DNA from: Verrucomicrobiaceae bacterium
GTDB lineage: Bacteria > Verrucomicrobiota > Verrucomicrobiia > Verrucomicrobiales > Akkermansiaceae
DNA length: 64,000 bases
Direction of reading: 5' to 3'
Assembly: GCA_051252135.1 (NCBI GenBank)
Contig: JBPOGH010000006.1
Coordinates: forward strand, 32,001-96,000
Positions 43,741 through 53,953 of the stretch are shown here, piece after piece; the stretch's first letter is position 1, and every line of letters begins with the position of its first letter. The position numbers and the translations under genes are program-made. Under the pieces are notes generated by a model. The model did not search any database and had not been told where the DNA came from. It saw nothing but the letters and a program-made list of their open reading frames with translations.

Positions 43741-44757
43741 ATGAAGATTAGCTTGTTCCTTGGATTTGGTGCGTTGGTTTCGCCGTTGCTTGCGCACGAG
43801 GGGCACGATCATGGGACAGGGGTGGGATATGTGGTGACGACGGCGACCGAGACGGGGTCTGAGGGATACCGGTATGTGACGGTTCCGGGATGGGGGGCGA
43901 TGCCGGAGGGGAAGAATATCGGGAATCTTCATGGAGACCTCACGCTCGACAAAGAGGGAAATGTGTATGCGTCGACGACCGGCGGTCCGGGGATTGTGAA
44001 GTTTGACAGGTTCGGGAAGTTTGTGCGGACGCTGCGGAACGGGCTGAATGGGATGCACTCATTGACGACGGTGGAGGAAGACGGGAAAGAATTTATTTGG
44101 GGATCGCAGGTGGGGAAGAACCGGGCGGTGAAATTTGATTTGAAGGGGAACGTGGTGGCGACGCTTCCGAACGAGAAGACGGGCGAGCTGGAAGGCGGGA
44201 TGAAGGGACTGACGGAGACCTTGGTGGGGCCGGACGGGGATGTTTATTTTTTCATGGGGTATGGTTCGAAGAAGATTCATCGGCTGAAGCCCGACGGGAC
44301 CTTGGTGAAGACGTATGGTGGAGCGGGGAAGGGGAAGGATCAGTTTACGGCGTGTCACGGGGCGGCGATTGATTTGAGGTATGAGGAGCCCCGGATTCTG
44401 GTCTGTGATCGGGACGGGCGTCGGATGATGCATCTGACGATGGACCTTGAATGGATCGGTCTTTACGGGCCGCAGCCCTTGCGTCGTCCGGCGGACGTGG
44501 ATGTGCAGGGTGATCTGGCGGTGGTGGGTGATATTGAGGGCCGGCTGGTGTTGATGGACAAAGAGGGAAAGATTGTCTCGGCATTACTCGACAATCCGGA
44601 CAAGAAGCAGTGGGCGACGAACGGGGTGAAGGCGGAGGGGTTGCACGATGCGGCGTTTTCGGCTCCGCACGGGGTGAAGTTTGGTCCGCAGGGTCAGCTT
44701 TATTGCACGGAATACAGCAAGGTGGGGCGGTTGATTGCGCTTTATCCGATCCGATAG
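43741..44757 (+). CDS. Secreted NHL-repeat beta-propeller (peptidylglycine lyase-like)
   Basis: Signal peptide then HEGHDH; blades with LHGD, MHSL, CHGA and PHGV; VCDR. Confidence 0.75.
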   Translation: MKISLFLGFGALVSPLLAHEGHDHGTGVGYVVTTATETGSEGYRYVTVPGWGAMPEGKNIGNLHGDLTLDKEGNVYASTTGGPGIVKFDRFGKFVRTLRNGLNGMHSLTTVEEDGKEFIWGSQVGKNRAVKFDLKGNVVATLPNEKTGELEGGMKGLTETLVGPDGDVYFFMGYGSKKIHRLKPDGTLVKTYGGAGKGKDQFTACHGAAIDLRYEEPRILVCDRDGRRMMHLTMDLEWIGLYGPQPLRRPADVDVQGDLAVVGDIEGRLVLMDKEGKIVSALLDNPDKKQWATNGVKAEGLHDAAFSAPHGVKFGPQGQLYCTEYSKVGRLIALYPIR

Positions 44758-44778
44758 ATTTTCAGACAACAAAGACTT

Positions 44779-45612
44779 ATGATTCAACTTGAAGACAATT
44801 TTGAAGACATCATCGGTAAGACCCTTCGGGGCACGGGATTGGCAGACGGCGTTCTTTCCTTTCTCACGGGAGTGGAGACGGAAGTGATCGAAAAGCTCAA
44901 GGGGGGCGAGTTTGATGAAGCGGCGGTGCGGGCAATTGCGCCATCGCTCGGGCTCGACGGAAACACCCTGGTGGAGCGGGCGAAGGGAGCCTGGCGTCCG
45001 GAGGATGTGGAGCTGAAGGGGCTGCAGCAGTTCAACACGCTTTTTGACGATGATCCCGAGGAACCGATGACGGTGAACTCGTATTTGGTGTGGGACCCCC
45101 AGACCAAGGAAGCGGCTCTTTTTGACACCGGGGCGAATGCGGATGGCGCGTTGGCGGCGGTGAGCGAGTTGGGGCTGGAGCTGAAGTATCTTTTTTTAAC
45201 CCACACCCATATCGATCACATCATTGATCGCGACAAGGTGACGGCGGCCCATCCCGGGGCGCAGGTTTGTGTGAACGGGATGGAAGCGGTGGACGGGGCG
45301 ACGCGGTTTGCGGCGGGAGATTCCTTTTCGATCGGGACGCTTCGGGTGTCGACACGACTGACCTGGGGTCATTCACCGGCGGGCACGACCTACGTGGTGC
45401 ACGGGCTTGATCGTCCGGTAGCGATTGTGGGGGACGCGATTTTTGCGCAGTCGATGGGCGGCGGGATGATTTCGTATCACGATGCCCTTGCCACGAATCG
45501 AGCGGAGATTTTCACTTTGGAAGATCAGACCGTGATCTGTCCGGGGCACGGGCCGATGACTTCGGTGGGCGAAGAGAAAGCGCACAATCCATTTTATCCA
45601 GAATTCAAATAA
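44779..45612 (+). CDS. MBL-fold metallo-hydrolase with N-terminal helical extension
   Basis: THTHIDH, GHS, GDAIF and PGHGP motifs. Confidence 0.9.
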   Translation: MIQLEDNFEDIIGKTLRGTGLADGVLSFLTGVETEVIEKLKGGEFDEAAVRAIAPSLGLDGNTLVERAKGAWRPEDVELKGLQQFNTLFDDDPEEPMTVNSYLVWDPQTKEAALFDTGANADGALAAVSELGLELKYLFLTHTHIDHIIDRDKVTAAHPGAQVCVNGMEAVDGATRFAAGDSFSIGTLRVSTRLTWGHSPAGTTYVVHGLDRPVAIVGDAIFAQSMGGGMISYHDALATNRAEIFTLEDQTVICPGHGPMTSVGEEKAHNPFYPEFK

Positions 45613-45624
45613 CCACACAGTACT

Positions 45625-46524
45625 ATGAGTAAAGTAGCATTTGTCGGCGTAGGCCGCATGGGAGCCAATATGGCTCGTCACCTTCAGTTGGATTGCGGAC
45701 ACGATGTGACCGCGGTCTATGATGTTAACAAAGAAGCTTCCGCGGAGATTGCGAGCGAGCTGGGAGCCAAGGACTGCGCGACGCTCGCGGAAGTGACCGA
45801 GGCAGCGGAGATCATTTTTACGGTAGTGACGAATGACAACGCGATGCGGGCGATCTTCCTTGGAGAAGGGGAGAACCTGCTTACCGGATCCGCCGGGAAG
45901 ACCTTTGTGAACTGCGCGACTCTTTCGCCGGGGATTCACAAAGAGGTGTATGCGGCCGGTAAGGAAGTCGGCGCGGAGGTGCTTGAGGGTGCGATGGCCT
46001 CTTCCATTTCCCAAGCCCGTGAAGGAAAGCTTTTCCTCATGATTGGCGGGGATGAAGAAGTGTTCGACAAGCACAAGACGATCCTTGAGGAGCTTTCGGT
46101 GAATCTGAGCCTTTGCGGGCCGATTGGGAAAGCAGCGGAAGTGAAGGCGCTGGTGAACATGGTGATGAACATCAACACGGCAGGACTTGCCGAGGGGCTG
46201 GGTCTTGCGGATGCGCTGGGTCTCGATCTGAAGATGGTGTGCGACATTTTCTCCCAGACGGGAGCCAACAGCCGGGTGCTGGAGACGGATGCCGAGGACA
46301 TGATTGATCGCGATCATGATTGTTGGTTCTCCGCCGAGCATGCCGCGAAGGATTCGGGCATTGCGGCTGATATTGCCAAGGAGCTTGGAATCAGTCTTCC
46401 GGTGAATGACGCGACGAAGGCCCAGTATGACAAGATGGTGACATCGGGTCTGGGTGATCTTGATAAGTCCGGCATTGCCGAGCTGACCTTCAAGGGTCGT
46501 GGTCCTTCAGCTGGCGGGTGCTGA
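45625..46524 (+). CDS. NAD(P)-dependent oxidoreductase, 3-hydroxyisobutyrate dehydrogenase family
   Basis: FVGVGRMG Rossmann motif; catalytic-Lys motif VKALVN; AAKD. Confidence 0.88.
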   Translation: MSKVAFVGVGRMGANMARHLQLDCGHDVTAVYDVNKEASAEIASELGAKDCATLAEVTEAAEIIFTVVTNDNAMRAIFLGEGENLLTGSAGKTFVNCATLSPGIHKEVYAAGKEVGAEVLEGAMASSISQAREGKLFLMIGGDEEVFDKHKTILEELSVNLSLCGPIGKAAEVKALVNMVMNINTAGLAEGLGLADALGLDLKMVCDIFSQTGANSRVLETDAEDMIDRDHDCWFSAEHAAKDSGIAADIAKELGISLPVNDATKAQYDKMVTSGLGDLDKSGIAELTFKGRGPSAGGC

Positions 46525-46562
46525 GGCTAAGCCCGGCATCAGTTTGATTCCTTTCAAAGGGG

Positions 46563-46593
46563 AAACGACGTCCTGCGGGGCGTCGTTTTTTTT
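46563..46593. terminator. Intrinsic terminator between convergent genes
   Basis: AAACGACGTCC-TGCG-GGGCGTCGTTTTTTTT. Confidence 0.85.
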
Positions 46594-46600
46594 ATTTATG

Positions 46601-47377
46601 TCAGCGGGTGAGGATTCCTTTGGGGGAGGGGGAGCGGACGGCGTCGATGAGGCGTTGGCCGGCGGGGGTCCATGAGTGGGAGTCGGCTTCGGCGAGGGAG
46701 TCGGCGCGGGACTTTTGGGTTTGGAAGAGAATGGCGTAGGCTTTTTTGATTTCCTTGCGTTCTTCGGGGGTGAAGCCGGCGCGCTTGAGACCGATGGTGT
46801 TGAGGCCGGAGAGTTGATTGATTTGGTGGGCGATGCAGTAGGGCGGGATGTCGCGGGTGGCTCCGCCATTTCCCTGGATGATGGAGTAGTCGCCGACGCG
46901 GATGAACTGGTGGTAGCCGGCGCCGCCGCCCATGAAGATGTTGTTTCCCATGTGGACGTGTCCGGCGACCATGGCGTTGTTGGCGAGGACGTTTTTGTTG
47001 CCGATGACGACATCGTGGGCGAGGTGGGAGACGCCCATGAGGAAGTTGTCGTTTCCGATGATGGTGTTTCCATCGGGGTGGGTGCTGCGGTGGATGGTGA
47101 CGTATTCGCCAAAGAAGTTGCCGTTTCCGATGGAGACGCCGGAGTGGATGTCGGGATCGAAGGAAAGGTCTTGCGGGTTGCCGCCGATGACGGCTCCGTG
47201 GCCGACTTTATTGGCGGAGCCCATGGTGACGCCCTGGCAGAGGCGGACGTGGGCGTCGATGAGGCAGTTTTCGCCAAGGGTGACGCCGGGGTCGATGATG
47301 GAGAAGGGGCCGACGATAGTGGATGCGGGGACGATTGCGTCGGGGGAGACGAGGGCGGTGGGGTGAATGTTGGACAT
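46601..47377 (-). CDS. lpxA: Acyl-ACP--UDP-N-acetylglucosamine O-acyltransferase
   Basis: IHPTA hexapeptide repeats, PQDL, TIHR, HLAHD, HQF and GLNTIGLKRAGF. Confidence 0.93.
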   Translation of the reverse strand: MSNIHPTALVSPDAIVPASTIVGPFSIIDPGVTLGENCLIDAHVRLCQGVTMGSANKVGHGAVIGGNPQDLSFDPDIHSGVSIGNGNFFGEYVTIHRSTHPDGNTIIGNDNFLMGVSHLAHDVVIGNKNVLANNAMVAGHVHMGNNIFMGGGAGYHQFIRVGDYSIIQGNGGATRDIPPYCIAHQINQLSGLNTIGLKRAGFTPEERKEIKKAYAILFQTQKSRADSLAEADSHSWTPAGQRLIDAVRSPSPKGILTR

Positions 47378-47382
47378 GGGGT

Positions 47383-48087
47383 TTAGAATATAAGATCGCT
47401 CTCTTCGCGGTAGGAGTAGTAGGGCCGGGCGCCGTTGACGGGTTTTCCGATGATGAGGTGGTCGACGAGGTTGACGTCGAGAAGTTTGGCAGCGTCGAGG
47501 AGGGCTTTGGTGAAGCGGTCATCGGCGCCGCTGGGGAGGGGTTGGCCGGAGGGGTGGTTGTGGGCGATGACGAAGGCGTCGGCCTGGTCGATGATGACGG
47601 GGCTGAGGATGTCGCGGGTATTGGCGATTGTTTGGTTGGTGGTGCCGCGTGAGATCTCGACCATGCGCTTGAGGTGGAGGCGGGTGTCGAGAGTGAGGAC
47701 GTAGAGGGTTTCGGTTTTGAGATTGCCGATGATGGGGGCGAGGTGGGTGTAGATTTCCTTGGGTGAGCTGAGGGGGATGGTGTGGATGGTTTCGCGGACG
47801 GCGCGAGCTCCGAGCTCGAAGGCGGCGAGGAGTTGGCAGGATTTGGCGAGTCCGAGTCCGTGTTCTTTGCTGAGCTGGGCGATGTCGAGCGAGCCGAGAG
47901 TGGAGAGACTGCCGTATTTGCGGATGAGCTGGCGGCCGATCTCGATGGCGCTGGCTCCTTTGGTGCCGGTGCGGAGGAAGATGGCGAGGAGTTCTTCGCC
48001 GGAGAGGGCCCCGGGGCCGTGGCGGAGCATCTTTTCCCGCGGGCGTTCGTCGCTGGGGAGATCGTTGATGCGGAGGTTATCGCTCAT
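47383..48087 (-). CDS. radC: RadC family protein (HhH plus JAB domain)
   Basis: ERPREK, ELLAIFLRTG, HNHPSG..PS..D and DHLIIG. Confidence 0.93.
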   Translation of the reverse strand: MSDNLRINDLPSDERPREKMLRHGPGALSGEELLAIFLRTGTKGASAIEIGRQLIRKYGSLSTLGSLDIAQLSKEHGLGLAKSCQLLAAFELGARAVRETIHTIPLSSPKEIYTHLAPIIGNLKTETLYVLTLDTRLHLKRMVEISRGTTNQTIANTRDILSPVIIDQADAFVIAHNHPSGQPLPSGADDRFTKALLDAAKLLDVNLVDHLIIGKPVNGARPYYSYREESDLIF

Positions 48088-48135
48088 GCGGTGATCATCC
48101 TCGATTTTTGGGGGAGGTGTGGCAAGCTATGAGTC

Positions 48136-48498
48136 GTGAGCAAGGAGGGAGAGACGTTGGTTTTTTACGATGGCGACTGTGGCTTTTGTGTCCGGTCGGT
48201 CTCGTGGGTGAGGCATTTGGATGCGGATGAGCGGTTGGGGTATCTTTCGCTCGAGGAGGGGCGGGAGCGAGGGTTTGAGTTTGAGGAGGGGACGATGGCG
48301 GTGGTGCGTGGGGGGGAGACTTTTTTGCGGAGCGAAGCGGTAAGGGTGTTGCTTTGGGAGTGCGGAGGGCTGGGGAGGGTGGGTTCGGTAATCTTGGCGG
48401 TGATTCCGCTTTTCCTCCGGGAATGGGGGTATCGGCTGGTGGCGAGGAATCGCTACCGCTTGATGGGGAAAGTTGAGGGCGTGAAGCCGGACACCTGA
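48136..48498 (+). CDS. DCC1-like thiol-disulfide oxidoreductase (DUF393)
   Basis: FYDGDCGFC and YRLVARNRYR. Confidence 0.88.
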   Translation: MSKEGETLVFYDGDCGFCVRSVSWVRHLDADERLGYLSLEEGRERGFEFEEGTMAVVRGGETFLRSEAVRVLLWECGGLGRVGSVILAVIPLFLREWGYRLVARNRYRLMGKVEGVKPDT

Positions 48499-48503
48499 GG
48501 GTG

Positions 48504-49460
48504 CTAGTCTTTGGATGCTTTCGGGTCGAGAGCATCACGGAGACCATCGCCGAGGAAGTTGAAGGCGAAGAGGGTGAGGGAAAAGAGGACGGCGGGGATG
48601 AGGAGGACGGTGACCTCGGTTTCGAGGAAGTTGGCGCCTTCCTTGATGAGGGTTCCCCAGGAGGAGTTGGGTGGTTCGATACCGAGTCCGATGAAGGAGA
48701 GGGTGGCTTCGTAGAGGATGAAGCTGGGGATGGTGAGGGTGGCGTAGATGATGACGGGCCCGAGCATGTTGGGGAGGATGTGCCGGAAGAGGATGCGGGT
48801 GTGGCTGAGGCCGAGAGAGCGTGCGGCTTCGACGAACTCCTGTTTGGCGAGGGAGGCGGCGGCGGTGCGGACGATGCGGCCCATGGTGAGCCAGCCGAAT
48901 CCGGCGATGGCGAAGGTGAGGGGGACGAGGTTTGCGTAGCGCAGGACGAAGGCGGTATCCCAGCCCCAGACGTCGATGACAAAGCGGGCCATTTCATCGA
49001 CGTGCCCGGAGATGAGTTCACGGAAGAGGATGACGATGATGAGGAAAGGCATGGCGAGGAGGCCATCGACGATGCGCATCATGACATTACCAATCCAGCC
49101 GCCGACGTATCCGGCGATGCCGCCGTAGATGATGCCGATGGTGACGGTCATGACGGTGGCCATGATGGCGACGAGGAGGGAGATTTGTCCGCCCTCGAGG
49201 ACGCGCATGAGGAGGTCGCGGCCGAGTTGGTCGGTGCCGAAGAAACCGGTTTCACCGGGGGCGGCGAAGCGGTTGGAGAGGTCCTGATCGTTGGCGTTGA
49301 GGCCCATGGCACCGAGGATGGGGCCAAGGATGAAGCAGGAGACGAGGATGGTGATGACCACAATACCGCCGAGCATGGCGAGCTTGTTTTTCTTGAGGCG
49401 GACGAAGGCGTCGGCCCAGAGACTGGTTCCTTTTTCGACTTTGATGGGAAGATTGCTCAT
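48504..49460 (-). CDS. oppC: Oligopeptide ABC transporter permease OppC
   Basis: GTDQLGRD, EFVEAARSLG and LGDGLRDALDP; likely start ATG 49460. Confidence 0.92.
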   Translation of the reverse strand: MSNLPIKVEKGTSLWADAFVRLKKNKLAMLGGIVVITILVSCFILGPILGAMGLNANDQDLSNRFAAPGETGFFGTDQLGRDLLMRVLEGGQISLLVAIMATVMTVTIGIIYGGIAGYVGGWIGNVMMRIVDGLLAMPFLIIVILFRELISGHVDEMARFVIDVWGWDTAFVLRYANLVPLTFAIAGFGWLTMGRIVRTAAASLAKQEFVEAARSLGLSHTRILFRHILPNMLGPVIIYATLTIPSFILYEATLSFIGLGIEPPNSSWGTLIKEGANFLETEVTVLLIPAVLFSLTLFAFNFLGDGLRDALDPKASKD

Positions 49461-49476
49461 GGAGTCAGGAGGGGGA

Positions 49477-50397
49477 TCAGGCTTTGCGAAGCTTGGGGTC
49501 CATAAAGATGAGGGCGAGGTCCGAGAGGAGGTTGGCGATGCCCATGAGGATGCCGTAGAAGAGGACGAGGCCGAGGACGAGATTGTAGTCCTTGGTGGTG
49601 ACGCCGAGGACGAAGAATTGTCCCATGCCGGGGACCATGAAGATGTTTTCGACAACGAAGGATCCGGTGATGATGGCGGCGAAGGCGGGTCCGAGGAAGG
49701 TGACGGCGGGCATGAGGGCGGGCCTTAGGGCGTGGACGGTGATGACTTTAAGCGGGCCGACTCCTTTGGCGCGGGCGGAGCGGATGTAGTCTTGGGAGAG
49801 GACGTCGAGCATGCCACCGCGGGTGAGTCGGGCGAGGTAGGCGGCGACTCCGAAGCAGAGGGTGATGGAGGGCAGGATGATGTCGGAGGGTCGGGACCAG
49901 CCGGCGACGTTGAGGGAGGCGAGGGGTTTGGCGATGTTGATCTGGAAGATGGGCCCGAGGACGAAGGTGACGATGCAGATGCCGGCCATGGCAAAGATCA
50001 TGGCGAGGTAGTCCTGCCACCGGTTGTGGAAGAGGGCGGCGATGATTCCGAGGGGGATGCCGATGCCCATCCCCATGACGAGAGAGAGGAGGCCGAGCTT
50101 GAGGGAGACGGGGAAGGACTCGGAAATGAGGGTGGTGACCTTCCGGCCTTTCATGGCGAGGGAGTCGCCGAAGTCCTGGTTGACGACGACGTTCTTCCAC
50201 CAGTTGGCGTATTGGACGGGGAGGGGTTTATCGAGGCCGTAGTAGGCTTCGAGAGCGGCCTGCTCCTCGGGGGAGGTGGCTTTGGCATCGGCGAAGGGAT
50301 TCCCGGGGATGGCGCGGACAGCGAAGAAGGTGAAGGTGACGAGGAGGAAAACCACCACGACAGTTTGAGTGAGACGGGAGAAGATGGTGCGAAGCAT
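49477..50397 (-). CDS. oppB: Oligopeptide ABC transporter permease OppB
   Basis: YGLDKPL, DFGDS, DYIRSARAKG and PGMG. Confidence 0.92.
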   Translation of the reverse strand: MLRTIFSRLTQTVVVVFLLVTFTFFAVRAIPGNPFADAKATSPEEQAALEAYYGLDKPLPVQYANWWKNVVVNQDFGDSLAMKGRKVTTLISESFPVSLKLGLLSLVMGMGIGIPLGIIAALFHNRWQDYLAMIFAMAGICIVTFVLGPIFQINIAKPLASLNVAGWSRPSDIILPSITLCFGVAAYLARLTRGGMLDVLSQDYIRSARAKGVGPLKVITVHALRPALMPAVTFLGPAFAAIITGSFVVENIFMVPGMGQFFVLGVTTKDYNLVLGLVLFYGILMGIANLLSDLALIFMDPKLRKA

Positions 50398-50409
50398 CGG
50401 GAGTGGGTG

Positions 50410-52044
50410 TTAGTCCTTTTCGATCTTAACGAACTTGAAGGGGTGGTTGTTGAGAAGGAGGGGGTGCCAGTTTTTGACTTCGGGACGGACGAGGTAGTTG
50501 GTGGTGTACCAGTAGATGGGGAGGACGGGGGTGTCGTTGAGGATGGTTTCCTCGGCTTTGGCGAGGGTGGCCATGCGTTGGGCGACGTCGGCGGTGTTTT
50601 CGGCCTCGTTGAGGTATTTTTCGAAGGTGTCGGAACTCCAGCCGGTGTTGTTATTTCCGCCGTCTTTGATCCACATTTCGAGGAAGGTGGTGGGGTCGAG
50701 GTAGTCGCCGATCCAACCGCTGGCGGCGAGGTCGTAGTCGGCATCGTATTGTTTTTGAAGGTAGGTGGTCCACTCGCGCTGGACGATGCGGACGTTGATG
50801 CCGAGGTGCTCTTTCCACATGGCCTGGAGGGCTTCGGCCTCGCGGCGTCCGGTCTCGGAGTCGGTGGTGAGGATGGAGATGTCGGGGAAGGCGGAGGTGG
50901 ACTGGTATCCTGATTCGGCGAGGAGTTCGCGAGCTTTTTCAGGATTGAACTTGATGACGGCGGGCGGTTTGTATTCGCCGAAGGGCGGGGTGATGCCGGA
51001 GGCGGGAGTTTGTCCGCCCTGCATGATTTTTTCGCAGATGGCGGTTTGGTCGATGGCGATGGCGAAGGCGCGGCGGACTTTGGGATCGGTGAAGGGGGGG
51101 CGGAGGGTGTTGACGCGGAGGAAGCGGACGCCGACGTAGGGTTCCTGGCGGAGGGAGTCGGGGTAGGTTTCCTTGGCGAAGGGGATGAGCTCCGAGGGGA
51201 CGGAGTAGGTGACGTGGAGTTGATCGTCACCGAACATGCGGGTTTCGGTGTAGTAGTTGGAGACGGGGAGGTAGCGGATGCCGTTGAGTGAGACGGTTTC
51301 GGCATCCCAGTAGTGGGGGTTGCGCTCGACCTCGATCATGTGGTTGGTGGTCCAGGTTTTGAGCTGGAAGGGGCCGTTGGAGACGATGTTTCCGGGCTGG
51401 GTCCAGGGGGAGGAGAAGGCGGTGTTGATTTCCCCGTGGCGGAGGACGACGTGTTTTGGGACGGGATACCAGGTGTAGTGCTTGGTGATCTCGGGAAGGA
51501 AGGGGGTGGGGCCCCGGAGGGTGAGGAGGAGGGTGTGCTCGTCGAGGGCCTTGGCTCCGACCTGGGCGAAGTCTTTGATCTCGCCTTTGTTGTATTCCTT
51601 GGCGTTTTTGAGGAAGTAGAGCATTTCCCCATACTTGGCGGGCCAGCCCGGGTCGGGGGAGAGCATGCGCTTGTAGGAGAAGACGAAGTCGTGCGCGGTG
51701 ACGGGGACGCCGTCGGACCATTTGGCTTCGGGGTTGAGGTGGAAGGTCCACTGGGTGAATTCTTCGTTGGGGGTCCATTTCATGGCCGCTCCGGGGAGGG
51801 CGGTGCCGTCCTGGGAGGGGTGCTCGACGCAGAGGCCTTCGAAGAGGGCGCGGATGATATTGGATTCGAGGACGCCGGAGACGAGGTGGGGGTCGAGGCC
51901 TTTGGGCTCGTTGCTATTTCCGACGATGAGGATATTGGCTTCATTCGCCTCCTCGATATTGGACTGGCGACGGCAGGATGTCAGCAGGAGGCTGAGACCG
52001 AGGGCAAGGAAACCTAGAATTCGCACGGCGGAAAGGTGACGCAT
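50410..52044 (-). CDS. oppA: Oligopeptide ABC transporter substrate-binding lipoprotein OppA
   Basis: Lipobox LTSC; LDPHL, LFEGL, KWSDG.PVTAHDF, SNGPF and WIGDYLDP. Confidence 0.93.
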   Translation of the reverse strand: MRHLSAVRILGFLALGLSLLLTSCRRQSNIEEANEANILIVGNSNEPKGLDPHLVSGVLESNIIRALFEGLCVEHPSQDGTALPGAAMKWTPNEEFTQWTFHLNPEAKWSDGVPVTAHDFVFSYKRMLSPDPGWPAKYGEMLYFLKNAKEYNKGEIKDFAQVGAKALDEHTLLLTLRGPTPFLPEITKHYTWYPVPKHVVLRHGEINTAFSSPWTQPGNIVSNGPFQLKTWTTNHMIEVERNPHYWDAETVSLNGIRYLPVSNYYTETRMFGDDQLHVTYSVPSELIPFAKETYPDSLRQEPYVGVRFLRVNTLRPPFTDPKVRRAFAIAIDQTAICEKIMQGGQTPASGITPPFGEYKPPAVIKFNPEKARELLAESGYQSTSAFPDISILTTDSETGRREAEALQAMWKEHLGINVRIVQREWTTYLQKQYDADYDLAASGWIGDYLDPTTFLEMWIKDGGNNNTGWSSDTFEKYLNEAENTADVAQRMATLAKAEETILNDTPVLPIYWYTTNYLVRPEVKNWHPLLLNNHPFKFVKIEKD

Positions 52045-52137
52045 CTTTTAAGGGAGGGGAATGATTTTTTCGATTCTTGGGCGATCGGGTGGTTTTGGCT
52101 TTTGCCAAGCGGGGGTTGATTCGGTATTTCCCGCGGC

Positions 52138-53391
52138 GTGAAGATTTGTGTCGTAGGTAAGGGTGGTCGTGAGCATGCGTTGATTCGGTCGTTGCGGGAG
52201 TCGGAGAGTGCTCCGGAAGTGTTTTGTTTCCCCGGGAGTGAGGCGATTCATGAGATCGAGGGAGCGGGGACGGTGGATGCGCATGATCTGGAGAGCCTGA
52301 TTGGCTGGATGACGGGGAACGGGATCGATTTGTGTGTGGCGGGTGAGGAGAGTTATTTGGTGACGGAGGCGGGGCTGGCGAATCGTTGTGCGGAGGTGGG
52401 GATTCCTTGTTGGGGGCCTCCTTTTGCGGCGGCGCAGATGGAAGCGAGCAAGGAATTTGCGAAGGAATTCATGCAGCGTCATGCGATCCCGACGGGAGAT
52501 GCGACGGGGTGTGCGACGGCGGACGAGGCGCGGGCGGCGATTGGGGGGAAGTATCCCACGGTGTTGAAATTTGACGGCCTGGCGGCTGGAAAAGGGGTGG
52601 CGGTGTGTGAGGATGAGGCTTCGGCGGAGGAATTTCTGAAGGAGGTGATGGAGGAGCGGCGCTTTGGCGCGGGTCGGCTTTTGGTGGAAGAGTGCCTGGT
52701 GGGTCCGGAGATTTCGATCTTTGCGGCGGTGAGCGGGCCGGATTATTTAATTTTGACGCCGGCGCGGGATTACAAGCGGATCGGGGAAGGTGATGAGGGG
52801 CCGAATACGGGCGGGATGGGCGCGGTGGCGAGCCGCCAGCTGGCGGATGCGGCGCTGATGAAGCGGATTGATGAGGAAATTGTGGCTCCGACGGTGGCGG
52901 GGCTGGAGAAGGATGGGTTGAATTACAAGGGGTTCCTTTATTTTGGGCTGATGCTGACGGCGGATGGGCCGAAGATCATCGAGTATAACTGCCGCTTTGG
53001 GGATCCGGAGTGTCAGGCGGTGATGCCGCTGCTTTCGGGTGATTTGGCGACATTTTGTCTGGAGGGGGCGAAGGGGAATTTGAAGCCGGAGCTCTTGAGC
53101 TTTGATGAAGGTTGGAGTGTGTGCTGCATTCTGGCGTCGGCGGGGTATCCGGAGAGTTCGAGATCGGGTGATTTGATTGGGGGATTGAAGGAAGTTTCGG
53201 AGGCGCGGATCTATCATGCGGGGACGAAGAGGCAGGATGGGGGTTGGGCGACGAACGGAGGTCGTGTTTTGGCGATTGTGGCGGGTGGCGCGACGCGGGA
53301 GGAGGCGGTGGAGAAGGCGCATGCGGAAGCGGCGAAGGTGACTTTTGACGGGGCCCAGCGTCGTGCTGATATTGGGCGCTTGCATTTCTAG
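52138..53391 (+). CDS. purD: Phosphoribosylamine--glycine ligase
   Basis: GGREHA, GLAAGKGV, GPNTGGMG, EYNCRFGDPE and TNGGRV. Confidence 0.97.
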   Translation: MKICVVGKGGREHALIRSLRESESAPEVFCFPGSEAIHEIEGAGTVDAHDLESLIGWMTGNGIDLCVAGEESYLVTEAGLANRCAEVGIPCWGPPFAAAQMEASKEFAKEFMQRHAIPTGDATGCATADEARAAIGGKYPTVLKFDGLAAGKGVAVCEDEASAEEFLKEVMEERRFGAGRLLVEECLVGPEISIFAAVSGPDYLILTPARDYKRIGEGDEGPNTGGMGAVASRQLADAALMKRIDEEIVAPTVAGLEKDGLNYKGFLYFGLMLTADGPKIIEYNCRFGDPECQAVMPLLSGDLATFCLEGAKGNLKPELLSFDEGWSVCCILASAGYPESSRSGDLIGGLKEVSEARIYHAGTKRQDGGWATNGGRVLAIVAGGATREEAVEKAHAEAAKVTFDGAQRRADIGRLHF

Positions 53392-53393
53392 AG

Positions 53394-53948
53394 ATGGCAC
53401 AACAGGCTGAATCCGCGAAGAAGATGAGCGATGCGCTAGATGAATCGGCGATCTCGGCGGCTGTTGGCCGTCTGGCGGATCAGCTATTTCAGGCGGCGGG
53501 GAGTGAGACGATTGATTTGATCGGGATACGGAGTCGGGGTGATGAGGTGGCGGAGCGGGTGGTGAAGATTTTGGAAGAGAAGGGTGCTTCGGTGCGGTTT
53601 GGGGTGCTCGATATTTCGCTTTATCGGGATGACTACGAGCATTTGCGGGAGAATCCGAAATTGCAGGGGAGCGAGATTGATTTTCCGATTGATGGCTCGC
53701 GGGTGATTTTGGTGGATGATGTGATTTTTACGGGTCGGACGATTCGGGCGGCGCTGGATGCGTTGTTTGACTACGGACGTCCGGCAGTGATTGAGCTGGC
53801 GGTCCTGATTGACCGGGGACACCGGGAGCTTCCGATTGAGCCGCGTTATGTGGGGATGACACTGGAGACAGAGCGTCTGGATCATGTGAAGGTCAGTCTG
53901 AAGAAGACGGACGGAGAAGATTTGGTAGAACTTAAACAGCAGAATTAG
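53394..53948 (+). CDS. pyrR: Pyrimidine regulator / uracil phosphoribosyltransferase PyrR
   Basis: LDISLYRDD, LVDDVIFTGRTIRAA and DRGHRELPI. Confidence 0.95.
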   Translation: MAQQAESAKKMSDALDESAISAAVGRLADQLFQAAGSETIDLIGIRSRGDEVAERVVKILEEKGASVRFGVLDISLYRDDYEHLRENPKLQGSEIDFPIDGSRVILVDDVIFTGRTIRAALDALFDYGRPAVIELAVLIDRGHRELPIEPRYVGMTLETERLDHVKVSLKKTDGEDLVELKQQN

Positions 53949-53953
53949 AAATT

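Noticed and set aside
47383..48087. radC as a marker of a mobile element
   Set aside because: It is the full-length chromosomal type with the N-terminal HhH region, sits next to lpxA, and has no integrase nearby.
48504..52044. Defective Opp system because oppD/oppF are absent
   Set aside because: ATPase genes are often encoded elsewhere, and the three genes present look intact.
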